Assembly: GCA_965261545.1 (NCBI GenBank)
Contig: CBDHDF010000011.1
Coordinates: 256,001 to 320,000 of the forward strand
DNA: 64,000 nt
Source of the DNA: Bdellovibrionales bacterium
GTDB taxonomy: Bacteria > Bdellovibrionota > Bdellovibrionia > Bdellovibrionales > UBA1609
Direction of reading: 5' to 3'
Shown one piece after another: positions 18,514-28,492 of the stretch (positions are counted from its first letter, which is position 1; every line of letters begins with the position of its first letter). The notes beneath the pieces are model-generated. The model saw nothing but the letters and a program-made list of their open reading frames with translations, was not told the origin of the DNA and ran no database searches. The translations under genes were made by a program, and so were the position numbers.

Positions 18514-21099
18514 ATGGTTTCATTAACAACAACGGAGTGGTTATCGAAAAGACCAAAATGGCTGCAGTCTGCTGCAAAGCGATTGTTAGAATCTGGCGAA
18601 ATCAATGAAACCGCCATTGGTGAACTTGTAGTGCTATGCCAGCAGGAAGCCAACAGTAAATTCCCTGATATCGATTACAGTATTCCAACAAATACCTTTG
18701 ATACACATGATTCGGAAGAAATCCGCTTATGTTCGATTAGCGAAATTGCAGGAGTTAATAGACTGGCTCCCAAAAAGCCACTTCATTTTGGTACCAACAA
18801 TATTGCTGTTGTTTACGGAAAAAACAGTTCTGGAAAATCAGGCTATGTCCGCCTACTCAAACATATTTGCGGAGCCCGTGACTGTATTCGTGGCCAACTG
18901 CACAAAGATGTGTTCTCGACTAAAGACGTTGTTCAAAAAGCCAAAATATCCTTTCTCAAAAACAACTCTCCTTCTGAACATGAGTGGTCAGGTCAGGGTG
19001 TTTGTGACGATCTGAGATCAGTTGACATTTTTGATACCTCTTTTAGCCGGGTGTTCATGGGTAGTGAGAATGAAGTCAGCTATGAACCTCCAGAACTTTC
19101 TTTTTTCAGCAGGCTTATTGATGTTTGTGAGAAAGTGGCGGCAAAACTTGATGCAGACAAAGAATCACTCAAATCAAAAATGGCGAATCTCCCTAACAAC
19201 CTCCTTGGTTCCACTGAGGCAGATTGGTGGGGAAAGCTTAGTGCTAAAACGCAGACTGATGAAATTGATATCCATTGTTCTTTCACTCTGGAAAACGAGA
19301 CGGAACTACTGGATATCCAGAAAAGAATTTCAGAACAATCGCCAGTTGATAAGGCCAGTCAATTAAAGAACAAAAAAACTTACGCTGACAGTATTATCAA
19401 TGACGTTCAAAATTACCTCAATCAACTATCTGATGAAAATTGCAAACGAATCATCGCTACCAAAAAAAAATCCATCCTAAAAGAGTCGGCCTCTGAAACT
19501 GCTGCCAAAGATGCATTCAATGGCGAACAGCTTGAAGGAATTGGTTCCAATGTCTGGAAAGAGCTTTGGAATGCTGCTCGGAAATATTCAGAGGAATTAG
19601 CTTATAACGGGCAGGTGTTTCCTGTTGTTCAGGACGATTCTGCTTGTGTGCTATGTCATCAGCCACTATCAGAAGATGCGAAGCAAAGGTTCATATCTTT
19701 TGAATCGTACATAAAAGGAGAGACTCAAAAACAAGCTGTTCAAGCAGCAAAAAAAGCTAAACAGGCTATTGATGCCCTGCCGGATATCCCCAGCGTTGAA
19801 GCACTAAAAACAAAGATAGACGCTGCAGGCATAGAGAATCAGAATATTATTAAGGCTCTGACTGATGCAGTCACCACTCTTCTGGATAGAAAAACAAAAT
19901 TACTATCACTTGAATCAGAAGACGCTTTAACGAGCATTGAGCAGACTCCACCTTGGTTGAAGGAAATACATAAAATCTCGCAGGAATACGAGGAAAGCGC
20001 TAAGAAATATCAGGAAGATACAACCAAAGACAATCGGGAAGAACTTCAAAAAGAATTGAAGAATCTTCAGACAAAAAAGTGGCTTGCCGAGCAAAAAACT
20101 GCGATTCAAGAAGAAGTCAATCGTCTCCAGATTCTTGAAAGAATTGAGAAAGCTAAAAAGAAAACCAGTTCTGCGGTATTGTCCAAGAAAAAGGGAGAAT
20201 TGGCAAAGACGCATATCACTGATGACTTCGTTAAGCGTTTTTATAATGAACTCAAATGCTTGGAAGCCTCTCAACTTAATGTCAAATTAATCCAACCCAA
20301 GGTTTCTAAAGGGAAAGTCCTTTACACTCTTCAATTGAATGGGGCTGCCCATAATCACCTCAATGACGTCCTTAGTGAAGGTGAGTATCGAATTGTCTCT
20401 ATTGCCGCATTTCTTGCTGATGTTACGGGTAGGAATTATCCGGCTCCCTTTGTGTTTGATGATCCGATTTCTTCTCTTGATCAAGATTATGAGGAAGCCG
20501 TGGTTCGACGGCTTTGCCAGATCGCCTCCAAAAGACAGGTTATCATATTCACGCATCGTCTTTCACTCCTGGGGATGGTTCAGGATTATGCCAAAGGTGC
20601 AAGTATCGAGCCTACAATCATTTGCATTCGTGAAGAACCATGGGGAACTGGTGAACCTGGAAACACTCCATTGTATGCACAAAGACCATTACAAGCACTT
20701 AACACTCTAATCGAGAGGCTTTCACAAGCAAAAAATATTTTTAATAAAAAGGGTTATGATGCTTATGAATCAGAAGCGAAGTCTCTTTGCATTGAATTCA
20801 GAATTCTTCTCGAACGAATGGTAGAGTATGAGCTCATGTCAGATGTTGTACATCGGTATAGGCGGGCAATTAATACAATGGGCAAAATTGGCAATTTGGC
20901 AAAGATCTCAAAAAAAGACTGTACATATTTTGATAATTTGATGAAAAAGTATTCAAAATATGTACACTCCCAGCCACTTGAAGTACCCCTCCCTCTTCCA
21001 AAGCCAGATGACTTAGAATCTGATTTTAAGGAACTAAAGCAGTGGCAAGAGGAGTTTAAAAAGAGACCAATAACTCCAGTTCTTCAGGAGGCTCAATGA
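18514..21099 (+). CDS. Rad50/RloC-like ABC ATPase with zinc hook and possible HEPN-like C-terminus
   Basis: Walker A GKNSSGKS, CVLC hook within coiled coil, LSEGE, FDDPISSLD, FTH, C-terminal SKYVH. Confidence 0.75.
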   Translation: MVSLTTTEWLSKRPKWLQSAAKRLLESGEINETAIGELVVLCQQEANSKFPDIDYSIPTNTFDTHDSEEIRLCSISEIAGVNRLAPKKPLHFGTNNIAVVYGKNSSGKSGYVRLLKHICGARDCIRGQLHKDVFSTKDVVQKAKISFLKNNSPSEHEWSGQGVCDDLRSVDIFDTSFSRVFMGSENEVSYEPPELSFFSRLIDVCEKVAAKLDADKESLKSKMANLPNNLLGSTEADWWGKLSAKTQTDEIDIHCSFTLENETELLDIQKRISEQSPVDKASQLKNKKTYADSIINDVQNYLNQLSDENCKRIIATKKKSILKESASETAAKDAFNGEQLEGIGSNVWKELWNAARKYSEELAYNGQVFPVVQDDSACVLCHQPLSEDAKQRFISFESYIKGETQKQAVQAAKKAKQAIDALPDIPSVEALKTKIDAAGIENQNIIKALTDAVTTLLDRKTKLLSLESEDALTSIEQTPPWLKEIHKISQEYEESAKKYQEDTTKDNREELQKELKNLQTKKWLAEQKTAIQEEVNRLQILERIEKAKKKTSSAVLSKKKGELAKTHITDDFVKRFYNELKCLEASQLNVKLIQPKVSKGKVLYTLQLNGAAHNHLNDVLSEGEYRIVSIAAFLADVTGRNYPAPFVFDDPISSLDQDYEEAVVRRLCQIASKRQVIIFTHRLSLLGMVQDYAKGASIEPTIICIREEPWGTGEPGNTPLYAQRPLQALNTLIERLSQAKNIFNKKGYDAYESEAKSLCIEFRILLERMVEYELMSDVVHRYRRAINTMGKIGNLAKISKKDCTYFDNLMKKYSKYVHSQPLEVPLPLPKPDDLESDFKELKQWQEEFKKRPITPVLQEAQ

Positions 21100-22334
21100 A
21101 GTTCCTCCACACATCAGACTGGCATTTAGGGCGCTCCCTTTACGGCAGGAAACGCTATGAGGAGTTTTCGGCATTTCTGGATTGGCTGACCCAGACCATC
21201 AAAGATGAAGGGGTTGACGCTCTCCTTGTGGCTGGTGATGTGTTTGATACCAGCACACCAAGCAATCGGGCACAGGAGCTCTATTATCGATTCCTCTGCC
21301 GGGTTTCCACATCATGTTGCCGCCATGTTGTGGTCATTGCCGGTAACCATGATTCCCCTTCATTTCTCAATGCCCCTAAGGAATTGCTGCGGGCGCTGAA
21401 TGTGTATGTGGTCGGCTTCATGACTGAATCTTTGGAAGATGAGGTGATTGTTCTTTACAAGGATGAGCAGCCGGAGGCAATTGTCTGCGCAGTACCGTAC
21501 CTGCGGGACAAAGATATCCGGACGATCGAGCCGGGAGAAACCATTGACGATAAAAATGCCAAGCTTGCTGAAGGGCTGAAAAAGCATTATACGGATGTCT
21601 GTAGCATTGCAGAACAGAAACAAACCGAATTTGAAAATGCCGGGCACGACGGTATTCCTATCGTTGCCATGGGGCACCTCTTCACAGCGGGCGGCAAGAC
21701 CGTTGACGGAGATGGAGTCAGAGAACTTTATGTAGGCTCATTGGCTCACGTTGGTGAGGAAGTCTTTCCTTCATCAATCGATTATCTCGCGCTCGGTCAT
21801 TTGCACGTTCCTCAGGCCGTCGGCAGCGCTGAGCACATCCGTTATTGCGGATCGCCCATACCGATGGGCTATGGCGAAGCGACTCAGGAAAAGAAGGTTG
21901 TACTCATTGGGTTCAACAGCACTACTTCAAATATTCGGGAACTTTCGGTGCCGTGTTTTCAACAACTGATCCGAATCGTCGGTTCACTGGACGATATCCA
22001 TGCAAAGCTGGAAGAGCTGAAAAAGGAAGAAAACTGTGCATGGCTTGAGATTGAATATACCGGCAGCGACATCATCGGCAGCCTGCGTGAAATGCTTGAT
22101 GAGGCATTGGCCGATTCCTTCATGGAGATTCGGCGGATAAAAAACAGGCGCATCATGGATCAGGTAATCAGTACGATTGCGGAAAATGAAACCCTTGATG
22201 ATTTGGATGCCGGTGACGTCTTTACCCGCTGTCTGGATACTTTTGATGTTCCTGATGAAGACCGGGAGGAACTGACGGCGTCCTATAACGAAGTAGTCAA
22301 GTCTCTTCGTGAAGAAGACGTAAATGCGGAATAG
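21096..22334 (+). CDS. sbcD: Nuclease SbcCD subunit D (Mre11-like)
   Basis: HTSDWHLG, AGDVFD, GNHDS, GHLF, ALGHLH. Confidence 0.95.
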   Translation: MKFLHTSDWHLGRSLYGRKRYEEFSAFLDWLTQTIKDEGVDALLVAGDVFDTSTPSNRAQELYYRFLCRVSTSCCRHVVVIAGNHDSPSFLNAPKELLRALNVYVVGFMTESLEDEVIVLYKDEQPEAIVCAVPYLRDKDIRTIEPGETIDDKNAKLAEGLKKHYTDVCSIAEQKQTEFENAGHDGIPIVAMGHLFTAGGKTVDGDGVRELYVGSLAHVGEEVFPSSIDYLALGHLHVPQAVGSAEHIRYCGSPIPMGYGEATQEKKVVLIGFNSTTSNIRELSVPCFQQLIRIVGSLDDIHAKLEELKKEENCAWLEIEYTGSDIIGSLREMLDEALADSFMEIRRIKNRRIMDQVISTIAENETLDDLDAGDVFTRCLDTFDVPDEDREELTASYNEVVKSLREEDVNAE

Positions 22335-22345
22335 AGAGGCTAATT

Positions 22346-25300
22346 ATGAAGATACTTGAACTCCGATTTAAAAACCTCAATTCCCTCTACGGTGAATGGG
22401 TCATTGACTTCACCGATCCCGAACATGTATCCAATGGAATTTTTGCTCTGACCGGCCCGACCGGTGCGGGTAAATCGACTATTCTTGATGCTATCTGTCT
22501 TGCCCTGTATGGAGCGACGCCCCGCCTTGGAAAAATCACGAAGAGCGGAAACGAAATCATGTCCTGTCAGACCGGTGAGTGCTATGCCGAGGTGTTGTTT
22601 GAATCTCAGTCTGGCCGCTTCCGTTGCCACTGGGAACAGCACCGTGCGCGAAAAAAAGCTGAGGGTAATCTGCAGGATCAGGAGCACCAGATTGCGGATG
22701 CCGACACCAGCAAACCCATCGAAACCAAAAAGAGTTTGGTCGCCGGAGTCATCGAAGAAAAGACGGGGATGGACTTTGACCGGTTCACCCGCTCCATCTT
22801 GTTGGCTCAGGGTGGCTTTGATACCTTCCTGAAGGCAAACGTTGAGCAGAAGTCTAAGATTCTGGAACAGATCACCGGCACTGAGATTTATTCGAAAATT
22901 TCACAACGTGTTCATGAGCGCCAGCGTGACGAACAGGAAAAGTTGAACCTGCTGCAGGTCGAAACATCCGGCATTGTGATTCTGGAGCCAGAACAGGAAA
23001 AAGAGATTCAACAGGATCTTGAAGGCAAGCAAAAAGAAAATATCGAGCTCAACGGCAAATCAGCTGAAACAAGAAAAGCCATTACTTGGCTCACTTCCAT
23101 TGATGGATTGAAAAAGAAAATCAGCAGCCTTGCTGAAGAAGCAGTTAAGTTGCAAAATGATGTAGAGGTATTCAAACCGAAACGTGACAAACTTGATCGA
23201 GCCATAAAGGCCGCTTCATTGGATGGATTGTATGCAACACTCACTACCATCCAAAAGCAGCATTCAGAAGATCAAGCGAACCTGAAAGCCAAGGAAGCAG
23301 CTCTTCCAGAACTGGAGTCTTCTGCCAATACGCAGGCAGAATTACTCAATTCGGCGGAACAACAAACGGTTAAAGCCAAAAAGGAGCTGAAAGCAGCAGC
23401 ACCGCTCATCCAGAACGTTCGCCTTCTCGATCAAAAACTCACCGAACAGGAAAAGGCTGTTTCAGACGGTACCGAGAGCTGCACCAAGGATGTGGCAAAG
23501 ATTGATGCGGATAAGCAGGATCGAGCTAAAAAACAGGAAAACTGGACCGAGGCCGAAAAAACTCTGAAGCTTGCTGAAGGCTATCTCAAGGAGCATGCAC
23601 AGGATGAATGGCTGATCAGTGGTCTGGCCGGTATTGAAGAACAGCTGGACAGACTGCTCTCCAGACAAAAAGAGATCGATCAGAAAGAGATAGATTACAA
23701 GAAGGTTGAATCGACTCTGGAGCAAGTGGTAAAGAAACTCGACGAATGTGCAAAGCAATGCGGTATCCGCAAACAGGAAATTGAGGACGCATCAAAAAAA
23801 CTTCAGCAAGGGAAAGATACCTTGGGTGCATTGCTGAGTGACCGACCGTTGCGTGAATATCGTACCGAGAAAGAAACTCTATTTCGTGAAATGACTTTTC
23901 TGTCAAGGATTGCGGAGCTTGAAGGTCACCGGGCCAAACTGGAAGACGGCAAACCCTGTTCTCTTTGTGGTGCTAAAGAACACCCCTTTGCCAAGGGGAA
24001 TATTCCGGTACCCGATGAAACCGAACAGAAAATTGAGATGCTCACCAAGTTGATCACCAAGGCTGAGGAGATGGAGGCCGCCAATAAAAAGCTGGAAGAG
24101 GGAAAAACCGCTGCCAACAAAAATCTAACCAAAAGTGAAAAACTGGAAGCAACTGCGGTCAATGATAAAAAAGCAGCTAAGAAAGACCTTGTGGAATTGA
24201 AGAATGACCTGGAGAAACTTCGGGCCGATTTTACCAAACTGAAAGAGGCGGTATCCGTCAAACTTCAGCCGCTTGGCATTACAGAAATACCCGAGACGCA
24301 AGTTTCATTACTATTTAAATCTCTCAAGGGTCGTTTGAATGCATGGAAGGATCAGGTTAAGAAAAAGGTGGGAATCGAAAAACAGATTGCAGACATCGAT
24401 AGTGAGATGAAGCGTCTGGATGCAGTCATTGCAACTCAAGAAGCCGCCTTGACTAAGAAGTTGGAAGGTTTGGAAACGCTGAAAAAGGAACATGCGGACG
24501 AGAGTGAAGAGCGGAAGAAATTGTATGGAGATAAAAAAACTGACGATGAAGAAAGCCGCCTGAATAAAGCCGTTACAGATGCTGAGGAAGCTGAAAAAAA
24601 GGCCAGCGCACTGAACTTTAAGCTGCAGCAGGAATTCACAACTTCAAAAACGCATGTTGAATCCCTGAAAGAGCGCATCGAACAGAGAATGCCGGAACTG
24701 ACAAAAGCGGAAACCGATTTCTCATCAGCACTCGAACCGGCTGGATTTTCAGATGACAAGCAGTTCCTTGAAGCCAGACTGACAAATGAAGAGCGGACTA
24801 TTTTATCTGCCAGAGCAAAGAAACTGGATGACACTCAAACAGATATCAAGGCCAGACAAAAAGATCATGAAACGCACTTGACCACGGAGATAGCCCAAAA
24901 GATTACTGACAAATCCCTTGAGGAGTTGGAATCGCAATTCAAGAAGTATGAGGAGTCACTAAAAGAGCTGTGCGAAGCCATTGCCGGTCTCAAATATAAG
25001 CTGAATGAGAATACAGCTTCCAAAGAGCGGATAAAGGAAAAGCAGATCGCTATTGAGGCTCAGAAAAAAGAGTATCATCGCTGGGAAAAACTGCATAATC
25101 TGATCGGTTCTGCTGACGGAAAAAAATACCGCAACTTTGCTCAGGGGCTGACCTTTGAGTTGATGGTTTTACATTCCAACCGCCAGTTGGAAAAGATGAC
25201 CGACCGTTATCTGCTTATTCGTGATGACGAACAGCCTCTGGAGTTGAACGTCGTTGATAATTATCAAGCAGGTGAAATCAGATCGACCAAGAATCTGTCC

Positions 25301-25603
25301 GGTGGAGAAAGCTTCATTGTCAGCCTCACATTGGCGCTGGGACTTTCCAAAATGGCCAGCCGCAAAGTTCGTGTGGATTCCCTGTTTCTCGATGAAGGCT
25401 TCGGTACCTTGGATGAGGAAGCTCTGGAAACCGCTCTGGAAACATTGTCCGGTCTTCAGCAGGACGGTAAGTTGATTGGAATCATCTCCCACGTCTCTGC
25501 ACTAAAGGAAAGGATCAGTACACAGATAACGATAACACCTGTCTCCGGCGGCCGCAGTTCACTTGCCGGTCCGGGCTGTAATAAGGTCGCTAACAGTGAA
25601 TAA
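22346..25603 (+). CDS. sbcC: Nuclease SbcCD subunit C (Rad50-like)
   Basis: NLNSL, GPTGAGKS, CSLC hook, LSGGE, FLDEGFGTLD, ISH. Confidence 0.95.
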   Translation: MKILELRFKNLNSLYGEWVIDFTDPEHVSNGIFALTGPTGAGKSTILDAICLALYGATPRLGKITKSGNEIMSCQTGECYAEVLFESQSGRFRCHWEQHRARKKAEGNLQDQEHQIADADTSKPIETKKSLVAGVIEEKTGMDFDRFTRSILLAQGGFDTFLKANVEQKSKILEQITGTEIYSKISQRVHERQRDEQEKLNLLQVETSGIVILEPEQEKEIQQDLEGKQKENIELNGKSAETRKAITWLTSIDGLKKKISSLAEEAVKLQNDVEVFKPKRDKLDRAIKAASLDGLYATLTTIQKQHSEDQANLKAKEAALPELESSANTQAELLNSAEQQTVKAKKELKAAAPLIQNVRLLDQKLTEQEKAVSDGTESCTKDVAKIDADKQDRAKKQENWTEAEKTLKLAEGYLKEHAQDEWLISGLAGIEEQLDRLLSRQKEIDQKEIDYKKVESTLEQVVKKLDECAKQCGIRKQEIEDASKKLQQGKDTLGALLSDRPLREYRTEKETLFREMTFLSRIAELEGHRAKLEDGKPCSLCGAKEHPFAKGNIPVPDETEQKIEMLTKLITKAEEMEAANKKLEEGKTAANKNLTKSEKLEATAVNDKKAAKKDLVELKNDLEKLRADFTKLKEAVSVKLQPLGITEIPETQVSLLFKSLKGRLNAWKDQVKKKVGIEKQIADIDSEMKRLDAVIATQEAALTKKLEGLETLKKEHADESEERKKLYGDKKTDDEESRLNKAVTDAEEAEKKASALNFKLQQEFTTSKTHVESLKERIEQRMPELTKAETDFSSALEPAGFSDDKQFLEARLTNEERTILSARAKKLDDTQTDIKARQKDHETHLTTEIAQKITDKSLEELESQFKKYEESLKELCEAIAGLKYKLNENTASKERIKEKQIAIEAQKKEYHRWEKLHNLIGSADGKKYRNFAQGLTFELMVLHSNRQLEKMTDRYLLIRDDEQPLELNVVDNYQAGEIRSTKNLSGGESFIVSLTLALGLSKMASRKVRVDSLFLDEGFGTLDEEALETALETLSGLQQDGKLIGIISHVSALKERISTQITITPVSGGRSSLAGPGCNKVANSE

Positions 25604-25618
25604 AAGGGAACGATTCTA

Positions 25619-27592
25619 ATGGTGAAAAAAAGATATCTGACCAAATCAAGATTCAAACTGGCAACCAAATGCCCCACGAAACTCTTCTATACAGAGAAAA
25701 GTGAGTACGCAAACCAGAACCTCGATGACAGTTTTCTCCTTGCGCTGGCCGATGGCGGATTTCAGGTGGGTGACCTGGCTAAATGCTATTTCCCCGGTGG
25801 CCATGATATCAAAACGCTGGATTATGAGCAGGCTCTGACTGAAACCAATAAACTGTTGCAGTTGGATCAGGTCACAATATACGAAGCCGCAATAGCAACC
25901 GAGAACCTCTTTATTCGTGCGGATATTCTGGTCAAGAACGGCAACCGGCTCAGCCTCTATGAAGTAAAGGCCAAATCTTTTAATCCGGAAGAGAAATATC
26001 CCTTTGTCAATAAAAACGGGACAATCAAATCCGGCTGGAAATCTTACCTCTACGACGTTGCCTTCCAGAAATATGTTATCAATCAGACCTTCTCGCAGTA
26101 TGAAGTATCAGCCCATCTCATGATGGCCGATAAATCCTCAATGTGCCCGACTGAGGGGCTTAATCAGAAGTTCCGTCTAGTGAAAAACCACAATGGCCGG
26201 AAGTCTGTTTCCATATCGGACAGTTTGATAGAAGCAGATTTAACACCACCAATTCTCTGCAAGGTCAATGTAGACACAGAGTGTGAACAGATTTATGCCG
26301 GAACAGATGGCGGAAGCGATCAGTCCCTGAGTTTCAAACAACGAGTTGATCTGTTTGCAGATCACTATGCCTCGGATACGAAAATTCCGTCACCGGTATC
26401 AATTAACTGCTCCGACTGTGAGTTTTATACCACTGACAGTGATGAACAGTCTGGATTGAAAAGCGGCAGGAAAGAATGCTGGAAAAAGAATCTGGGCTGG
26501 GACGACAAGGATTTCGAGTGCCCAACAGTGCTGGATGTATGGAACTTCAGGAAAAAAGCCAAACTGATTGAGGCTGGCTGCATCAAAATGTTGGACCTTA
26601 CCAAAGAGGATGTGGCTCCAAAGCCTGACAAAAAGCCGGGAATATCCGCAAGTGAACGGCAATGGCTTCAGATTGAAAAATACCAGGCCGGCGACAATAC
26701 GGTCTGGCTGGATCGGAATAGCCTGCAAAGCGAAATGAACAGTTGGGTGTATCCGCTTCACTTTATTGACTTTGAAACCACGATGGTGGCTATACCCTTC
26801 AATGCAGGCCGTCGGCCTTACGAAGGAATCGCTTTTCAGTTTTCTCATCACATTGTTCATGAAGACGGAACCGTCGAACACTATGGTGAGTACCTGAATG
26901 CGGAACAGGGAGCATTCCCGAACTACGATTTTTTGAGAGCACTTAAGGCTCAGCTTGAAAGCGACGCTGGAAGCATCTTCCGCTATTCCAACCACGAAAA
27001 CACATTCCTCAACATGATTTACCGTCAGCTTCAGGATGATAACACCGTTGAGGACCGGATGAAATTGTGCAACTTCATCAGATCGATCACCAAATCTGTT
27101 AATGACTCGGTAGATCAATGGATTGGCGAACGCAATATGGTGGATATGTTGGAAATTGTTAAGCGCTACTATTATAACCCAGCCACTAATGGTTCTAATT
27201 CTATCAAGCAAGTGCTTCCGGCAATCCTGAATAGCTCGAAATACCTGCAGGATAAATATTCAAAGCCGATCTACGGTTCGGAAAACGGGATCAAGAGCCT
27301 CAATTTCAAAGATTGGCAATGGATCAGGGTGGAGTCCGGAAAAGTCGTCAACCCCTATAAAATGCTGCCTAAAATGTTTCAGGATATCTCTGACAAAGAT
27401 ATGAGGATATTGAGTGATAACGATGAACTGAGAGACGGTGGAGCTGCCCTGGCAGCATATGCGCGAATGCAGTTTGAAGAAATGACAGATTACGAATGTG
27501 AGGATATCCAAAAGGCTCTGCTCAAATATTGCGAATTAGACACCATGGCAATGGTGATGATCTATGAAGGTTGGAAAGATCTTCTGCAGTAG
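25619..27592 (+). CDS. DUF2779-like protein (Cas4/RecB-like nuclease plus RNase H/DnaQ-like domain)
   Basis: LTKSRF...CP, RADIL..YEVKAK, CSDC..C, HFIDFET, FQFSHH, YCELDT. Confidence 0.75.
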   Translation: MVKKRYLTKSRFKLATKCPTKLFYTEKSEYANQNLDDSFLLALADGGFQVGDLAKCYFPGGHDIKTLDYEQALTETNKLLQLDQVTIYEAAIATENLFIRADILVKNGNRLSLYEVKAKSFNPEEKYPFVNKNGTIKSGWKSYLYDVAFQKYVINQTFSQYEVSAHLMMADKSSMCPTEGLNQKFRLVKNHNGRKSVSISDSLIEADLTPPILCKVNVDTECEQIYAGTDGGSDQSLSFKQRVDLFADHYASDTKIPSPVSINCSDCEFYTTDSDEQSGLKSGRKECWKKNLGWDDKDFECPTVLDVWNFRKKAKLIEAGCIKMLDLTKEDVAPKPDKKPGISASERQWLQIEKYQAGDNTVWLDRNSLQSEMNSWVYPLHFIDFETTMVAIPFNAGRRPYEGIAFQFSHHIVHEDGTVEHYGEYLNAEQGAFPNYDFLRALKAQLESDAGSIFRYSNHENTFLNMIYRQLQDDNTVEDRMKLCNFIRSITKSVNDSVDQWIGERNMVDMLEIVKRYYYNPATNGSNSIKQVLPAILNSSKYLQDKYSKPIYGSENGIKSLNFKDWQWIRVESGKVVNPYKMLPKMFQDISDKDMRILSDNDELRDGGAALAAYARMQFEEMTDYECEDIQKALLKYCELDTMAMVMIYEGWKDLLQ

Positions 27593-28321
27593 AAACAACA
27601 AAACTAAAAGGTACCCAAATGTCAGCCAAATTGATCGAAACAACAGTCAGCTGGAGTTCCCCAAAAAAATGGAAGGATTTTGTAAGCGAATTTTGCTTCC
27701 CGAGGGGCTCTCAAAGATAGAGCGAAGGGCCCTCACTCGAATTGCCAGGGACTGTAAAAATAATTGTGTAACTGCAATTTTTTTCTTAAATCTTAAAGCC
27801 ACTTATGTGGCTCCACTCCTGGTAAAAAGCACAGTTGTTAGCTGACAATTAAAATGCCCCACCGTCGCCAATGAAAAGTGGCCACTTTTCAGAGGAGGAC
27901 CTATGGTGATTTTTGGCATTGTCAACCGAGACGCATATAATCAATTGATATTACTCATAAAAAGGCTCCGAGCTGATAAGAACTCCTTTTGGGTTCTTGT
28001 CGACCTGGAAAGGGGCTTCGTGTTGGAGAGTCCTTCCATGACAGCCTATTCAGGTTCCATATTTGTCATTTGTAGACTGTTTCTGGATTTCAATGAGGTT
28101 AAATATATAGTCAAGAAAAGCCTGTTTAGGCTGTGCCCATTTTCTAAAGTATTTAAATTCCACAAGATTCCAACATTTGCCTCAATTTTCATGGAATTTC
28201 TTTCTGAAGACAGGCTTCCCTTAAAGCCGTCGCCAATTAAAATGTCCCACTTTCAATATGGAGGTTGTCGCCAATGAAAAGTGACCAATCTTCAGGGAGT
28301 GTTCAAATACTAGATGTAAAA

Positions 28322-28459
28322 TTGCATGGCATTGCCCTCACCAGTTGCATGGTATTACCCGCACCGATTGCATGGCATTACCCGCACCAGTTGCATGGCA
28401 TTACCCTCACCAGTTGCATGGCATTGCCCGCACCAGTTGCATGGCATTGCCCGCACTGA
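28322..28459 (+). repeat. Six tandem 23-bp subterminal repeats of IS21-A
   Basis: Unit TTGCATGGYATTRCCCKCACYRR, no spacers; two inverted units at the right end. Confidence 0.9.
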
Positions 28460-28492
28460 TTGGCATGACTGATTCCCCTTAGCATAGCGTCA

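Noticed and set aside
26399..27211. Long antisense ORFs (this one, 29423-30082, 60282-60941 and others)
   Set aside because: They are shadows of well-supported genes on the opposite strand.
25619..27592. Cas4-like motifs as evidence of CRISPR-Cas
   Set aside because: The motifs are part of a DUF2779-type fusion, with no cas1/cas2 or array.
28322..28459. 23-bp tandem array (also 59181-59318) as a CRISPR
   Set aside because: There are no spacers or cas genes, and the same unit is inverted at the IS right end, so these are IS21 subterminal repeats.
27564..28459. ORFs 27564-27845, 27903-28277 and 28265-28459 (also 58973-59341)
   Set aside because: They read through IS ends and repeats and show no protein motifs.
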